From an uncultured Pseudomonas sp. (GTDB taxonomy: Bacteria; Pseudomonadota; Gammaproteobacteria; Pseudomonadales; Pseudomonadaceae), in the NCBI GenBank assembly GCA_964493255.1, contig CAZBNX010000001.1:8613-67301 (forward strand): a stretch of DNA of 58,689 nucleotides. Direction: 5' to 3'. The notes under the pieces are model-generated. The model had not been told where the DNA came from, searched no databases, and saw only the letters and a program-made list of their open reading frames with translations. A program made the translations under genes and the position numbers. The first letter of the stretch is position 1. Every line of letters starts with the position of its first letter. Shown here piece after piece: positions 42,016 through 51,011 of this stretch.

Positions 42016-42160
42016 CGGCTAACAGACGTTATTTCCACGAATTATTCGCCTTTCTGGGCTTGTCTAGGACTTGACAAAATTAAGTCCAGTCTAGAAGGTC
42101 AGCCCTGTTTTTTTGCGTGATTGTGCCGCTAATCGGTGTTGTAAAGCAGAGAGGAATAAA

Positions 42161-42550
42161 ATGGCTGATAAAAGTATGAGCATCTTGGTGGTAGACGACT
42201 TTCCGACAATGCGTCGAATTGTGCGCGGTCTGCTTAAAGAGCTTGGTTTCACGAATGTTGATGAAGCTGAGGATGGTCAAGATGCGCTGAATAAGTTGCG
42301 TTCTGGTTCGTTTGAATTTGTGGTATCTGATTGGAATATGCCCAATCTGGATGGTCTTGATATGCTCAAGCAAATCCGTGCAGATGCTGCGTTAAAACAT
42401 CTTCCTGTCCTCATGGTGACGGCGGAAGCAAAGAAAGAAAATATTATCGCTGCTGCTCAAGCAGGTGCTAATGGCTACGTTGTTAAGCCGTTTACAGCCG
42501 CTACACTTGAAGAAAAATTGAATAAAATCTTCGAGAAACTGGGCAAGTAA
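42161..42550 (+). CDS. cheY: CheY
   Basis: [58 protein letters not shown]; start refined. Confidence 0.98.
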   Translation: MADKSMSILVVDDFPTMRRIVRGLLKELGFTNVDEAEDGQDALNKLRSGSFEFVVSDWNMPNLDGLDMLKQIRADAALKHLPVLMVTAEAKKENIIAAAQAGANGYVVKPFTAATLEEKLNKIFEKLGK

Positions 42551-42574
42551 GACGCGAGTAGGGGAGGCAGGCGC

Positions 42575-43261
42575 ATGAGCAACAACGCGCAAAATGATAC
42601 CGATAGCTGGGGCTCTGCTCCTGACGATTTAATTCTGAGAATAGGTCAAGTAACGCGCATGCTCCGGGAAAGTATGCGCGAATTGGGCTTAGACAAAGAA
42701 ATTGAAAAAGCCGCTCAAGCCATTCCTGATGCGCGAGATCGCCTGACATACGTTGCCGCGATGACGGAACAGGCCGCCGAGCGCGCGCTGAATGCAGTTG
42801 ATCGCGCCCAACCTTTACAAGATGCGATTGCGAAGGGTGCTGAAGAGCTGGATCAGCGTTGGCAGGAGTGGTTTGAAAATCCTGTGGAGTTGGATAAAGC
42901 GCGTGCGTTGGTGCAGGAAACCCGCGAGTACCTACGCGAAGCGCCAAAGCGTGCTCAGGCAACACAGAGTGAATTGTTGGAAATTTTGATGGCACAAGAT
43001 TTCCAAGACCTCACCGGCCAAGTCATCAAGAAAATGAACGAGGTGATTCGAGAAATAGAGCACCAGTTGGTTCAGGTTCTGATTGACAGTGTGCCGGAAG
43101 GTGCGGAACAGGCGATTTTGAAGCGTCTAGCCGAATCTGAATGGGAAGAAGAGAAAAAAGCCTCTAGCTTGTTGAATGGCCCGCAAATTAAGCCAACACC
43201 GGGTGATGCGGTTGCTAACCAAGATCAGGTAGATGATTTGTTAGCGCAGCTTGGCTTCTAA
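42575..43261 (+). CDS. cheZ: CheZ phosphatase
   Basis: MAQDFQDLTGQVIK, QDQVDDLLAQLGF. Confidence 0.97.
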   Translation: MSNNAQNDTDSWGSAPDDLILRIGQVTRMLRESMRELGLDKEIEKAAQAIPDARDRLTYVAAMTEQAAERALNAVDRAQPLQDAIAKGAEELDQRWQEWFENPVELDKARALVQETREYLREAPKRAQATQSELLEILMAQDFQDLTGQVIKKMNEVIREIEHQLVQVLIDSVPEGAEQAILKRLAESEWEEEKKASSLLNGPQIKPTPGDAVANQDQVDDLLAQLGF

Positions 43262-43292
43262 GTCAGACAGTGGCACGCATATAAGTCACATC

Positions 43293-43331
43293 GAGGGGGA
43301 AGGTGTAGTTTTGCCTTCCTCTTTCATTTTT
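43293..43331 (+). terminator. Probable intrinsic terminator after cheZ
   Basis: GGGGAAGGTG-loop-TGCCTTCCTC followed by TTTCATTTTT. Confidence 0.55.
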
Positions 43332-43358
43332 TATCACTATCGCTACAGGTAACGAGTC

Positions 43359-44513
43359 ATGGCTGATGACAGTAGCGATGACGATAAAACAGAATCGGCA
43401 ACGCCCCGACGGCTAGAGAAAGCACGCGAAGAAGGCCAAGTACCACGCTCGCGTGAATTAGCGACATTCTTTATTTTATTGGGCGGTATTTTAGGGCTAT
43501 GGGGCTTGGGTGGCTTATTGTATGAGCAACTCAGCTTGCTCATGGAGAAAGCATTTCTCTTTGACCGACAACAGATATTTGATACCGCAAGCACGCTGAC
43601 TTATTTATGGTCGATGTGTGAAAAAGCATTGTTAGCGATATTGCCGCTCTTTTTGTTATCGGTTGTTTTGGCAATTGTAGGGCCTTCTGTTATTGGTGGT
43701 ATTTTAATTTCGGCTAAGTCGTTACAGCCTCAATTATCACGCTTGAATCCTTTGAAGGGATTGCAGCGTATGGTTTCAGCGCAAGCCTTGGCAGAGTTAG
43801 GTAAAGCGATTGCTAAAAGTGTATTAGTCGGAACAGTTGCTTTTTTATTTATTAAAGCACATATGAGTGAGTTATTAGGGTTGCCCCGAATGCCATTACA
43901 ACAGGCATTAGCGCATACGCTGCATTTGGTGGTGTTGGCCTGTGTTCAAATTGCATTGGCATTAATTATAGTGGTTGCGATAGATGTTCCTTATCAGCTT
44001 TGGAGTTATGCCAAAAAATTACGCATGAGTAAGGAAGAGCTTAAACGCGAACATAAAGAGTCGGAAGGAGACCCGCATTTAAAAGGGCGTATCCGAGCGC
44101 AACAGCAAGCCATGGCGCGTTCTCGAATGATGAGCAAAGTGCCAACAGCGGATGTCATTGTGACCAACCCAACACATTTTGCCGTTGCCTTGTCGTATCA
44201 GGAAAATAAGATGAAAGCGCCTTTCGTGGTGGCGAAAGGCGTTGAAGCCATGGCTGCGCGTATTCGTGATACAGGTGCAGAGCATGAAGTACCCTTATTA
44301 GAGGCGGCGTCTTTAGCGCGTGCGCTTTACTATCATGTAGACCTTGAGCAGGAAATTCCTGCTGAACTGTATACCGCCGTCGCAGAAGTTTTGGCGTGGG
44401 CTTATCGACTAAAACGTGTGCGTGAAGAAGGCGGCGAACAGCCTGATACGCCACATGATTTGCCAGTACCGGCGGGCATGGATTTGCCACGGGGCAAGCA
44501 TCTTGAGGAATAA
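43359..44513 (+). CDS. flhB: Export switch protein FlhB
   Basis: KTESATPRRLEKAREEGQVPRSREL, EGDP, NPTH autocleavage motif. Confidence 0.97.
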   Translation: MADDSSDDDKTESATPRRLEKAREEGQVPRSRELATFFILLGGILGLWGLGGLLYEQLSLLMEKAFLFDRQQIFDTASTLTYLWSMCEKALLAILPLFLLSVVLAIVGPSVIGGILISAKSLQPQLSRLNPLKGLQRMVSAQALAELGKAIAKSVLVGTVAFLFIKAHMSELLGLPRMPLQQALAHTLHLVVLACVQIALALIIVVAIDVPYQLWSYAKKLRMSKEELKREHKESEGDPHLKGRIRAQQQAMARSRMMSKVPTADVIVTNPTHFAVALSYQENKMKAPFVVAKGVEAMAARIRDTGAEHEVPLLEAASLARALYYHVDLEQEIPAELYTAVAEVLAWAYRLKRVREEGGEQPDTPHDLPVPAGMDLPRGKHLEE

Positions 44514-44518
44514 CCGAG

Positions 44519-46597
44519 TTGAATTTGAATGACCTGCTAGGGCTACGGAGCCAATTAGCTGGCACCAATATGAAGGTGTTAGTCGGGCCGCTGCTGTTGC
44601 TGCTAATTCTGTCGATGATGGTGCTGCCGCTGCCGCCCCTCATGCTTGACCTGTTTTTCACCTTTAATATCGCCTTATCTATCATGGTGTTATTGGTGAG
44701 TATGTTCACGCAGCGTCCGTTAGAGTTTGCGGCTTTTCCTTCGGTATTGCTGTTTACGACGTTGCTGCGATTGTCCCTGAACGTCGCGTCAACGCGGGTC
44801 GTATTGATGCACGGCCATGAAGGTGCCGATGCTGCCGGTAAGGTCATTGAGGCGTTCGGCCATTTCTTGGTAGGCGGTAATTTTGCGGTTGGCTTGGCGC
44901 TGTTTATGATTTTGGTTGTTATCAACTTCATGGTAATTACCAAGGGTGCGGGGCGGATTGCAGAGGTAGGCGCACGCTTCACCTTGGATGCGATGCCCGG
45001 CAAACAAATGGCGATTGATGCCGACTTAAACGCCGGTCTGATTGGTGAGGAAGAAGCTCGCAAGCGCCGTAAAGAAGTGTCGCAAGAGTCGGATTTCTAC
45101 GGCTCGATGGACGGTGCCAGCAAATTCGTGCGTGGTGATGCTGTCGCCGGTTTAATCATTATGGGCGTCAACATTTTAGGCGGCCTGTTGATTGGGATGC
45201 TTCAGCACAATATGGCGTTCGCTCAGGCCGCACAAAACTACGTCATGTTGACGATTGGTGATGGTCTGGTGGCGCAAATTCCTGCGTTAGTTATTTCGAT
45301 TGCGGCGGGTGTCATTGTTTCGCGGGTGAATACCGAAGAAGACGTTGGCCAGCAGATGATTGGCCAGCTCTTTTCTAGCCCTAAAGTGATGTTTTTATCG
45401 GCGGGCGTCATTGGTTTGCTGGGCTTGGTGCCCGGAATGCCCAACATTGTTTTTCTGCTTTTCACCGCTATTTTGGTGGGCGCGGGATGGTGGTTGAAAC
45501 AACGCGCTACATTAACCACCGCAGGGGCTGCGGAGTCTCTTCCTGCGCCTGTACAACATACGCAAATTGAAGCCACATGGGACGATGTACAGCTTGTTGA
45601 TACATTGGGAATGGAAGTTGGACACCGACTTATTTCATTAGTCGATAATCGTCAACAAGGTGAATTATTAGTGCGCTTAAAAAGTGTACGTAAGAAGTTT
45701 GCACAAGAAATAGGTTTTTTACCGCCGGTTGTGCATATCCGCGATAATTTAGAGTTACCGCCTAATCAGTATTGTATTTTATTGAAAGGCGTAGAAATTG
45801 GGCAGGGCGAGTTACATCCTAATAAATGGTTAGCCATCGACCCTGGACAAGTGACAGGCCGTTTAGAAGGTATTCGCACCACAGACCCAGCATTCGGCCT
45901 GCCTGCGGTATGGATTGATATTGGAATGCGTGAACACGCGCAGGTGTACGGTTATACCGTGGTTGATGCCAGCACCGTTGCCGCAACGCACCTCAATCAT
46001 TTATTAACACGCAATGCAGGCGAATTGTTAGGCCGTGTTGAAGTAAAACAATTACTCGATAAACTCGATAAAGCACAAGTAGAAGAAGTAGTACCTAAAT
46101 TACTTTCGATAACGGCCTTGCAACGCATATTGCAAAGTTTGTTAGAAGAGTCAGTTTCTATCCGTGATATGAATACCATTTTGGATACGCTGGCCGAACA
46201 TGCTACGCAACAAGCCGATATTCTTGAATTAGCAGGCGTGGTGCGTGTGGCATTGGGGCGTGCAATTACGCAACAATGGTTCTCCGGTTTGCCCGAATTG
46301 CGTGTGATTGGTTTAGATATGGGGCTTGAACAAGTGCTCATGCAAGCAATGGCTGCGGGCGGCGGTGCGTTCGAGCCGGGTTTGGCCGCCAGCTTATTAC
46401 AGCAAGCGGAAACGGCTTTGCATCGTCAGGAAGCCAGCGGGGAGCCTCCCGTTTTGGTCGTGCCGCATCGTTTGCGTGCTGTATTGTCGCGTTTTTTGCG
46501 TCGGCGAATGCCTCAGCTCGTGGTGATGTCTTTAGCTGAAATACCGGATGACCGTACTTTGCGTGTTACCAGTTTGATTGGAGCAAATAATCAATGA
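44519..46597 (+). CDS. flhA: Export gate FlhA
   Basis: RIAEVGARFTLDAMPGKQMAIDADLNAG, DFYGSMDGASKFVRGD. Confidence 0.98.
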   Translation: MNLNDLLGLRSQLAGTNMKVLVGPLLLLLILSMMVLPLPPLMLDLFFTFNIALSIMVLLVSMFTQRPLEFAAFPSVLLFTTLLRLSLNVASTRVVLMHGHEGADAAGKVIEAFGHFLVGGNFAVGLALFMILVVINFMVITKGAGRIAEVGARFTLDAMPGKQMAIDADLNAGLIGEEEARKRRKEVSQESDFYGSMDGASKFVRGDAVAGLIIMGVNILGGLLIGMLQHNMAFAQAAQNYVMLTIGDGLVAQIPALVISIAAGVIVSRVNTEEDVGQQMIGQLFSSPKVMFLSAGVIGLLGLVPGMPNIVFLLFTAILVGAGWWLKQRATLTTAGAAESLPAPVQHTQIEATWDDVQLVDTLGMEVGHRLISLVDNRQQGELLVRLKSVRKKFAQEIGFLPPVVHIRDNLELPPNQYCILLKGVEIGQGELHPNKWLAIDPGQVTGRLEGIRTTDPAFGLPAVWIDIGMREHAQVYGYTVVDASTVAATHLNHLLTRNAGELLGRVEVKQLLDKLDKAQVEEVVPKLLSITALQRILQSLLEESVSIRDMNTILDTLAEHATQQADILELAGVVRVALGRAITQQWFSGLPELRVIGLDMGLEQVLMQAMAAGGGAFEPGLAASLLQQAETALHRQEASGEPPVLVVPHRLRAVLSRFLRRRMPQLVVMSLAEIPDDRTLRVTSLIGANNQ

Positions 46598-49074
46598 GCG
46601 TCAAACGCTTCGTAGGGCCAACAAGCCGTGATGCTATGCGTCTTGTACGCGCTGCTTTGGGTGAAAATGCCCTGATTTTGTCGAATCGCAGCACGCCCGA
46701 GGGCGTAGAAATTTTGGCTATGGCTGATGAAACCCACAGTCAATTGACGGGTATACCGTCGTCTGTGCCGACGCCGAATGCTTCGCCCAGACCACAGCCC
46801 TCTCCGCAATCGGCTCCGACACGACCAACGGCACCGTCGCAAACGCCGCCAGCGCGTCCGGCGGCTCCGGCAGCGGCCCCACGTCCAGCCACGCCACCGC
46901 CGTCTGTGCCTTCTGCGGCACCTTCCGCTGCCCCGAGTGCCTATCAGCGTGCCGCTAGTTTGGCCGCTTATAACGCGCAGCTCCCTAACGCAACGCCTCC
47001 CGCTGCAACGCCGCCCATGCCTGCGCCCGTCGCGCCGTCAATGCCTGCCCATGCTAATGCGGCGAGCAGCATGATGGATTTTGCGGCACTCAGTGAACGC
47101 CTGTTCAGTGAGCTGCATGGAATGCGCGAGTTGTTAAATCGGCAAGCCAGCACGGCTGCCACGCGCAGCGATTGCGGGACGCAGTTGCATCAACAGTTGC
47201 TCGGTGCTGGATTTGGCCCTTGTTTAAGTGCAGAAGTGCTAGGCGCTTTGCCTGCTGAGTTTGCTGATTGTTCGGCGGAGCAGCCGAATGTCAAAGCATG
47301 GTTGGAGCGGCAAATGGCCGCACGCTTACCGGTGCTAGATGATGAAGCGCAGTTATTAGATGGTGGTGGCATCATCGCGCTCGTAGGGCCTACGGGGGTA
47401 GGCAAAACGACAACAACAGCAAAATTAGCGGCGCGTTATGTGATGCGTCATGGTGGTCAGCATGTAGCGTTGGTGACAACGGATAGCTTCCGTATTGGCG
47501 CGCATGAGCAATTACGAATTTATGCGCGTTTATTGGGTGTAGAAGTCTATGCCTTAGCCGCAGATGCCCCGTTAGATGAATTACTACATCAGCTTATTAA
47601 TAAGCGGCTGGTCATTATTGATACCGTTGGTATGAGTCAGCGCGACCGACGTTTATTGACGCAAATTAGTCAATTAGGTGCTGCCGGGCGGCCTATCCGA
47701 TTAATGCTATTGCTCAATGCAGCCAGTCACGGCGATACCCTTGAAGAAGTTGTAGATACCTATCAACGCGCAGCGACAGCGGCGGGTGCTTCATTGCGTG
47801 ATTGCATTGTCAGTAAATCAGATGAAGCGGCGCGTTTAGGGCCGGTACTGGATATTCTAATTCGTCGGGGATTGCGCCTTAATTATGTCGCAACCGGTCA
47901 GCAAGTACCGGAGGACTTACAATTAGCGGATGCCAGTGCTTTATTAAAGCAAGCATTAGCGGTGAGTCAGCCATCTCCTTTTGTGCCACAAGACAGCGCG
48001 CCGAGTAATGCAGCGCAACGCCTTGAAGCCTTATCGCGCGGTTTATTGGGTCAAGGGCGTGCGTTAGCCACCATTTTGGATAGCTTGCGTCAAAACGTAG
48101 ATGGCTTTTTGGTGCTCGAATCGGTGTGGCAGCTTATTGGATTGCCGCGTGTCTTGCAGGGAGAGCGGTTAGCGCAGCGGTTGCAAGCCTTAGAAGGGCA
48201 AGCGGCTTTGTATGCCAGCCAAGCCCTGTGGGGCCGTAACGCACCGGGTGCAGGCTGGAATATGCCGCTGTTGAGCTTTGATGCTGAGGGTCGTTTGGGG
48301 GTGCGTCCTTGGTTGGCGCATCAATTGCCAGCCGGTCAAGACCGGCGCTTGCATTGGGCGAATCAAGTCTTGCGCGCCGTGACGCACATTCTTCCGACGT
48401 GTCCCGATACGGACGGATTAGCCGAATTATCGACGCAGCGCAGTGCATGGGTGTGTTTAAGCAAAGCAGCAACGCGCGTGGATTACTTAGGTGAGCGGCA
48501 TAGCCTTGGGCAATTAAGTGGTGTCGCTGAATTGCATACCACAATGGATGTGCGTTACCGAGGGCGTCCGGTGCGCTTGGAGTTACTGCGTGCCGGGGTT
48601 CAGTTGCGCCCACAATCGCGTCAGGCAGACCAACCGACTTGGCCGGTGCAGGCTTGGTTTGGTCATCTTATAGCGCCTGACGATGGGCAGACATTAGGGC
48701 ATCGACAGTGGTTAGGATGGAGTCCTGAATTAGGACAAGCTGGGATGCAGCGTCAGGTTCAGGCGCTCCGATTGCAGTTAGAAACCGATGATTTACCGTC
48801 GCTTACGTTACGCGCGTGGCAATCACTCGGCGACACACACGCTACGTTGCAGCAAGAGTTACGTTTATTTATTGCTGCTGGATTGGCGGCGACCGCCAGC
48901 CGACTTGACCATAGCAGCGAAGAATGGGCGATGGATACACGCGCACAGTTGCTGAATATCAATGGTAGCCGTCGTCCTCGTGGGCCGGGGCCATTGTTAG
49001 ATGCGTTGCTGTATCTGATGGCTGCTCGTGATGCGTTTCGGCAAGTGGGCGCTTTAAGTAGCGGGTTGCTTTGA
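46594..49074 (+). CDS. flhF: FlhF SRP-family GTPase with long C-terminal extension
   Basis: MSVKRF..AMRLVRAALGENALILSNR N-terminus; GPTGVGKTTT, DSFRIGAHEQL, DTVG, SKSDE, GQQVPEDL; then about 370 extra residues. Confidence 0.9.
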   Translation: MSVKRFVGPTSRDAMRLVRAALGENALILSNRSTPEGVEILAMADETHSQLTGIPSSVPTPNASPRPQPSPQSAPTRPTAPSQTPPARPAAPAAAPRPATPPPSVPSAAPSAAPSAYQRAASLAAYNAQLPNATPPAATPPMPAPVAPSMPAHANAASSMMDFAALSERLFSELHGMRELLNRQASTAATRSDCGTQLHQQLLGAGFGPCLSAEVLGALPAEFADCSAEQPNVKAWLERQMAARLPVLDDEAQLLDGGGIIALVGPTGVGKTTTTAKLAARYVMRHGGQHVALVTTDSFRIGAHEQLRIYARLLGVEVYALAADAPLDELLHQLINKRLVIIDTVGMSQRDRRLLTQISQLGAAGRPIRLMLLLNAASHGDTLEEVVDTYQRAATAAGASLRDCIVSKSDEAARLGPVLDILIRRGLRLNYVATGQQVPEDLQLADASALLKQALAVSQPSPFVPQDSAPSNAAQRLEALSRGLLGQGRALATILDSLRQNVDGFLVLESVWQLIGLPRVLQGERLAQRLQALEGQAALYASQALWGRNAPGAGWNMPLLSFDAEGRLGVRPWLAHQLPAGQDRRLHWANQVLRAVTHILPTCPDTDGLAELSTQRSAWVCLSKAATRVDYLGERHSLGQLSGVAELHTTMDVRYRGRPVRLELLRAGVQLRPQSRQADQPTWPVQAWFGHLIAPDDGQTLGHRQWLGWSPELGQAGMQRQVQALRLQLETDDLPSLTLRAWQSLGDTHATLQQELRLFIAAGLAATASRLDHSSEEWAMDTRAQLLNINGSRRPRGPGPLLDALLYLMAARDAFRQVGALSSGLL

Positions 49075-49709
49075 TGTTTGGCTTCGATGACGACGAAAAG
49101 CGTTTTGATAACGGGCTTGGCGCGACGGATCAAGCGGCTGGGTTGCGTCGTTGGGCCGAGCGCCAAGGCTTAATTGGGGCGGATGGCTTACCGGTGACGG
49201 CACCACCGCCTGTTAGCACGGATGCCGTGACGACACCGCCACCGCCTCCTGTACCGGCAGCGCCACCACCACCGGTTGTTACGCCGCCAGCGCCTCCCGT
49301 TATTCGGCATACGTTGATGGTTGTTGGATTGCCAGATACTTCGGCGTATCAAACCCAACGTGCATGGGAGACGCTCGCGCGTTGGCATCAAAACGGACAC
49401 CGTTGGATAGGAAATCCGCATGAATGGCGGGTCGTTGCGTTGGAAGCAGATAGCCCCCACATTGGTATCTTGGCGGCACAGCAATCACGCTGGGCGCTAT
49501 GGGTAGAAGGCGATTTAGACAGTTTTCGGCGCGCCTATGTCACGTTGCGCGCGTTGATGAGTGCGGGGCAAATCTGGCGTTTGTTGGTTTTGCACCCGGG
49601 TATTCCTTCAAGACGTGGTTTTTTAACAAACCTTCAACAATCAGCCGCCAGTTTTCTGGGCATTGAATTGCTGTTATTCCCCGAATATCCGGGGGGGGAC
49701 CCAGAGTGA
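49074..49709 (+). CDS. Degenerate FlhG/FleN-like protein lacking the ATPase P-loop
   Basis: DQAAGLRR motif, flhG position between flhF and fliA, FlhG-like C-terminal half (SFRRAYVTLRAL; NLQQSAASFLGIEL). No GKGGVGK. TGATG-coupled to flhF. Confidence 0.65.
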   Translation: MFGFDDDEKRFDNGLGATDQAAGLRRWAERQGLIGADGLPVTAPPPVSTDAVTTPPPPPVPAAPPPPVVTPPAPPVIRHTLMVVGLPDTSAYQTQRAWETLARWHQNGHRWIGNPHEWRVVALEADSPHIGILAAQQSRWALWVEGDLDSFRRAYVTLRALMSAGQIWRLLVLHPGIPSRRGFLTNLQQSAASFLGIELLLFPEYPGGDPE

Positions 49710-50104
49710 AGCGCCTAAAGAAAATACTTGGGCTGCTTATTCTTTTTTCCAATATGGCGAGTGCAACTGAACCAATTGTCGGTGTTTGGCATACCGTCGT
49801 TCCAACTGTGCAAATTGCACTGATGGGAAAAACAGTTTCGTCGTCACGGTTATATCCACCCGCGTTGGCAACGGGGCATCGGCTTGCTTTTGTACGGTGG
49901 GCGTATCAGCTTTCCGTGCCTTATGGAGCGATGGTGTGGTTATGTCACCCCAGCCGCTGCGTTAAATTAAATGCAACGCAGGGACGCATATCTGAACTCG
50001 CGGGATTGGATGCAGCAGAACCATTATGGTTTGAATTTCAGCGTATTTCAGAACATGCCATCGTTGAGGTTCGTAATTTACAAATTCATGTTCAATATCG
50101 TTGA
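49706..50104 (+). CDS. flhE: Periplasmic flagellar protein FlhE
   Basis: Signal peptide, VRW.YQL, LCHPSRC Cys pair, 132 aa, downstream of flhBA. Confidence 0.82.
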   Translation: MKRLKKILGLLILFSNMASATEPIVGVWHTVVPTVQIALMGKTVSSSRLYPPALATGHRLAFVRWAYQLSVPYGAMVWLCHPSRCVKLNATQGRISELAGLDAAEPLWFEFQRISEHAIVEVRNLQIHVQYR

Positions 50105-50206
50105 GGCAAATTGGTGCGTCGTTATAGGCAAAGTGATAGGCAAACGCATCGAAAGCGTCAAAAATAGGGCACCATAGCGTTCGTTTTTTAAAGTGCGGGC
50201 GGGGCA

Positions 50207-50902
50207 ATGTATACGGCACAGGGCAAACTTAAACAAAACTACTTGCTAGAGCAGCACTTGCCGCTTGTGCGTCGTCAGGCGCTTAATTTGCGTGCGCGGC
50301 TACCACCTAGCGTTGAGTTAGATGACTTGATACAAGCAGGTACTATCGGGTTATTAGATGCCATGAAACGCTATGACCCTACGCAGGGCGTGAGTTTTGC
50401 GACCTTTGCCAATCAGCGTATTCGGGGCGCTATGCTGGACGAGTTGCGTAGTCGAGATTGGGTGCCGCGTAGTGTGCGTCGTGCAAATCGAGAGGTGGAT
50501 TCCGTATTGCGCCAATTAGAACAGCGTTTAGGTCGCGCACCTGAGGAGCGTGAAGTAGCTGCTGCGTTAGGTATAGAGTTGGCTGAATATCAGCAGATTT
50601 TATTAGATACTAATGGCAGTTACTTGGTTTCATTTGATGAAATGAGCACCGAAGAGTTTGATGCGCGTAGTTGCGAACATTATGCGTCGCCTTTTATCGA
50701 GTTTGCCCAAGGTCGAGAGCGCGATCGTTTAATAAAAGCGATTGAAACGCTCCCAGAGCGTGAGAAATTATTGCTGGCGCTTTACTATCAAGAAGAACTT
50801 AATTTAAAAGAAATAGGTGCTGTATTGGGTGTGAGTGAATCACGGGTGTGTCAGTTACATAGCCAAGCTATAGCGCGCTTACGTCAGCGTTTGGCGGATT
50901 AG
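50207..50902 (+). CDS. fliA: Sigma-28 FliA
   Basis: LPPSVELDDLIQAG, RIRGAMLDELRSRDWVPRSVR, LNLKEIGAVLGVSESRVCQLHSQA. Confidence 0.98.
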   Translation: MYTAQGKLKQNYLLEQHLPLVRRQALNLRARLPPSVELDDLIQAGTIGLLDAMKRYDPTQGVSFATFANQRIRGAMLDELRSRDWVPRSVRRANREVDSVLRQLEQRLGRAPEEREVAAALGIELAEYQQILLDTNGSYLVSFDEMSTEEFDARSCEHYASPFIEFAQGRERDRLIKAIETLPEREKLLLALYYQEELNLKEIGAVLGVSESRVCQLHSQAIARLRQRLAD

Positions 50903-51011
50903 ATTAGTTAGAACATTTTATTTGGTTATTGTTGCATGTGTAGCCTTGCGAAGCCACATGCGATTTCGTATGCCTGTTATGGCAAGTAACGAACTCATTT
51001 AAGGAATTAAA

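Noticed and set aside
43271-43286. Sigma-54-like TGGCAC upstream of flhB
   Set aside because: No GC at the -12 position (GG-N10-AG).
44155-45063. 302-aa minus-strand ORF
   Set aside because: Antisense shadow of flhB/flhA with no recognisable motifs. The same applies to 32814-33422, 42501-42995, 48134-48613 and the other short overlapping ORFs.
50930-51000. c-di-GMP riboswitch upstream of the PilZ/HD-GYP gene
   Set aside because: A GCATGTG/CACATGC hairpin is present, but I could not match class I or II riboswitch features; more likely a simple stem after fliA.
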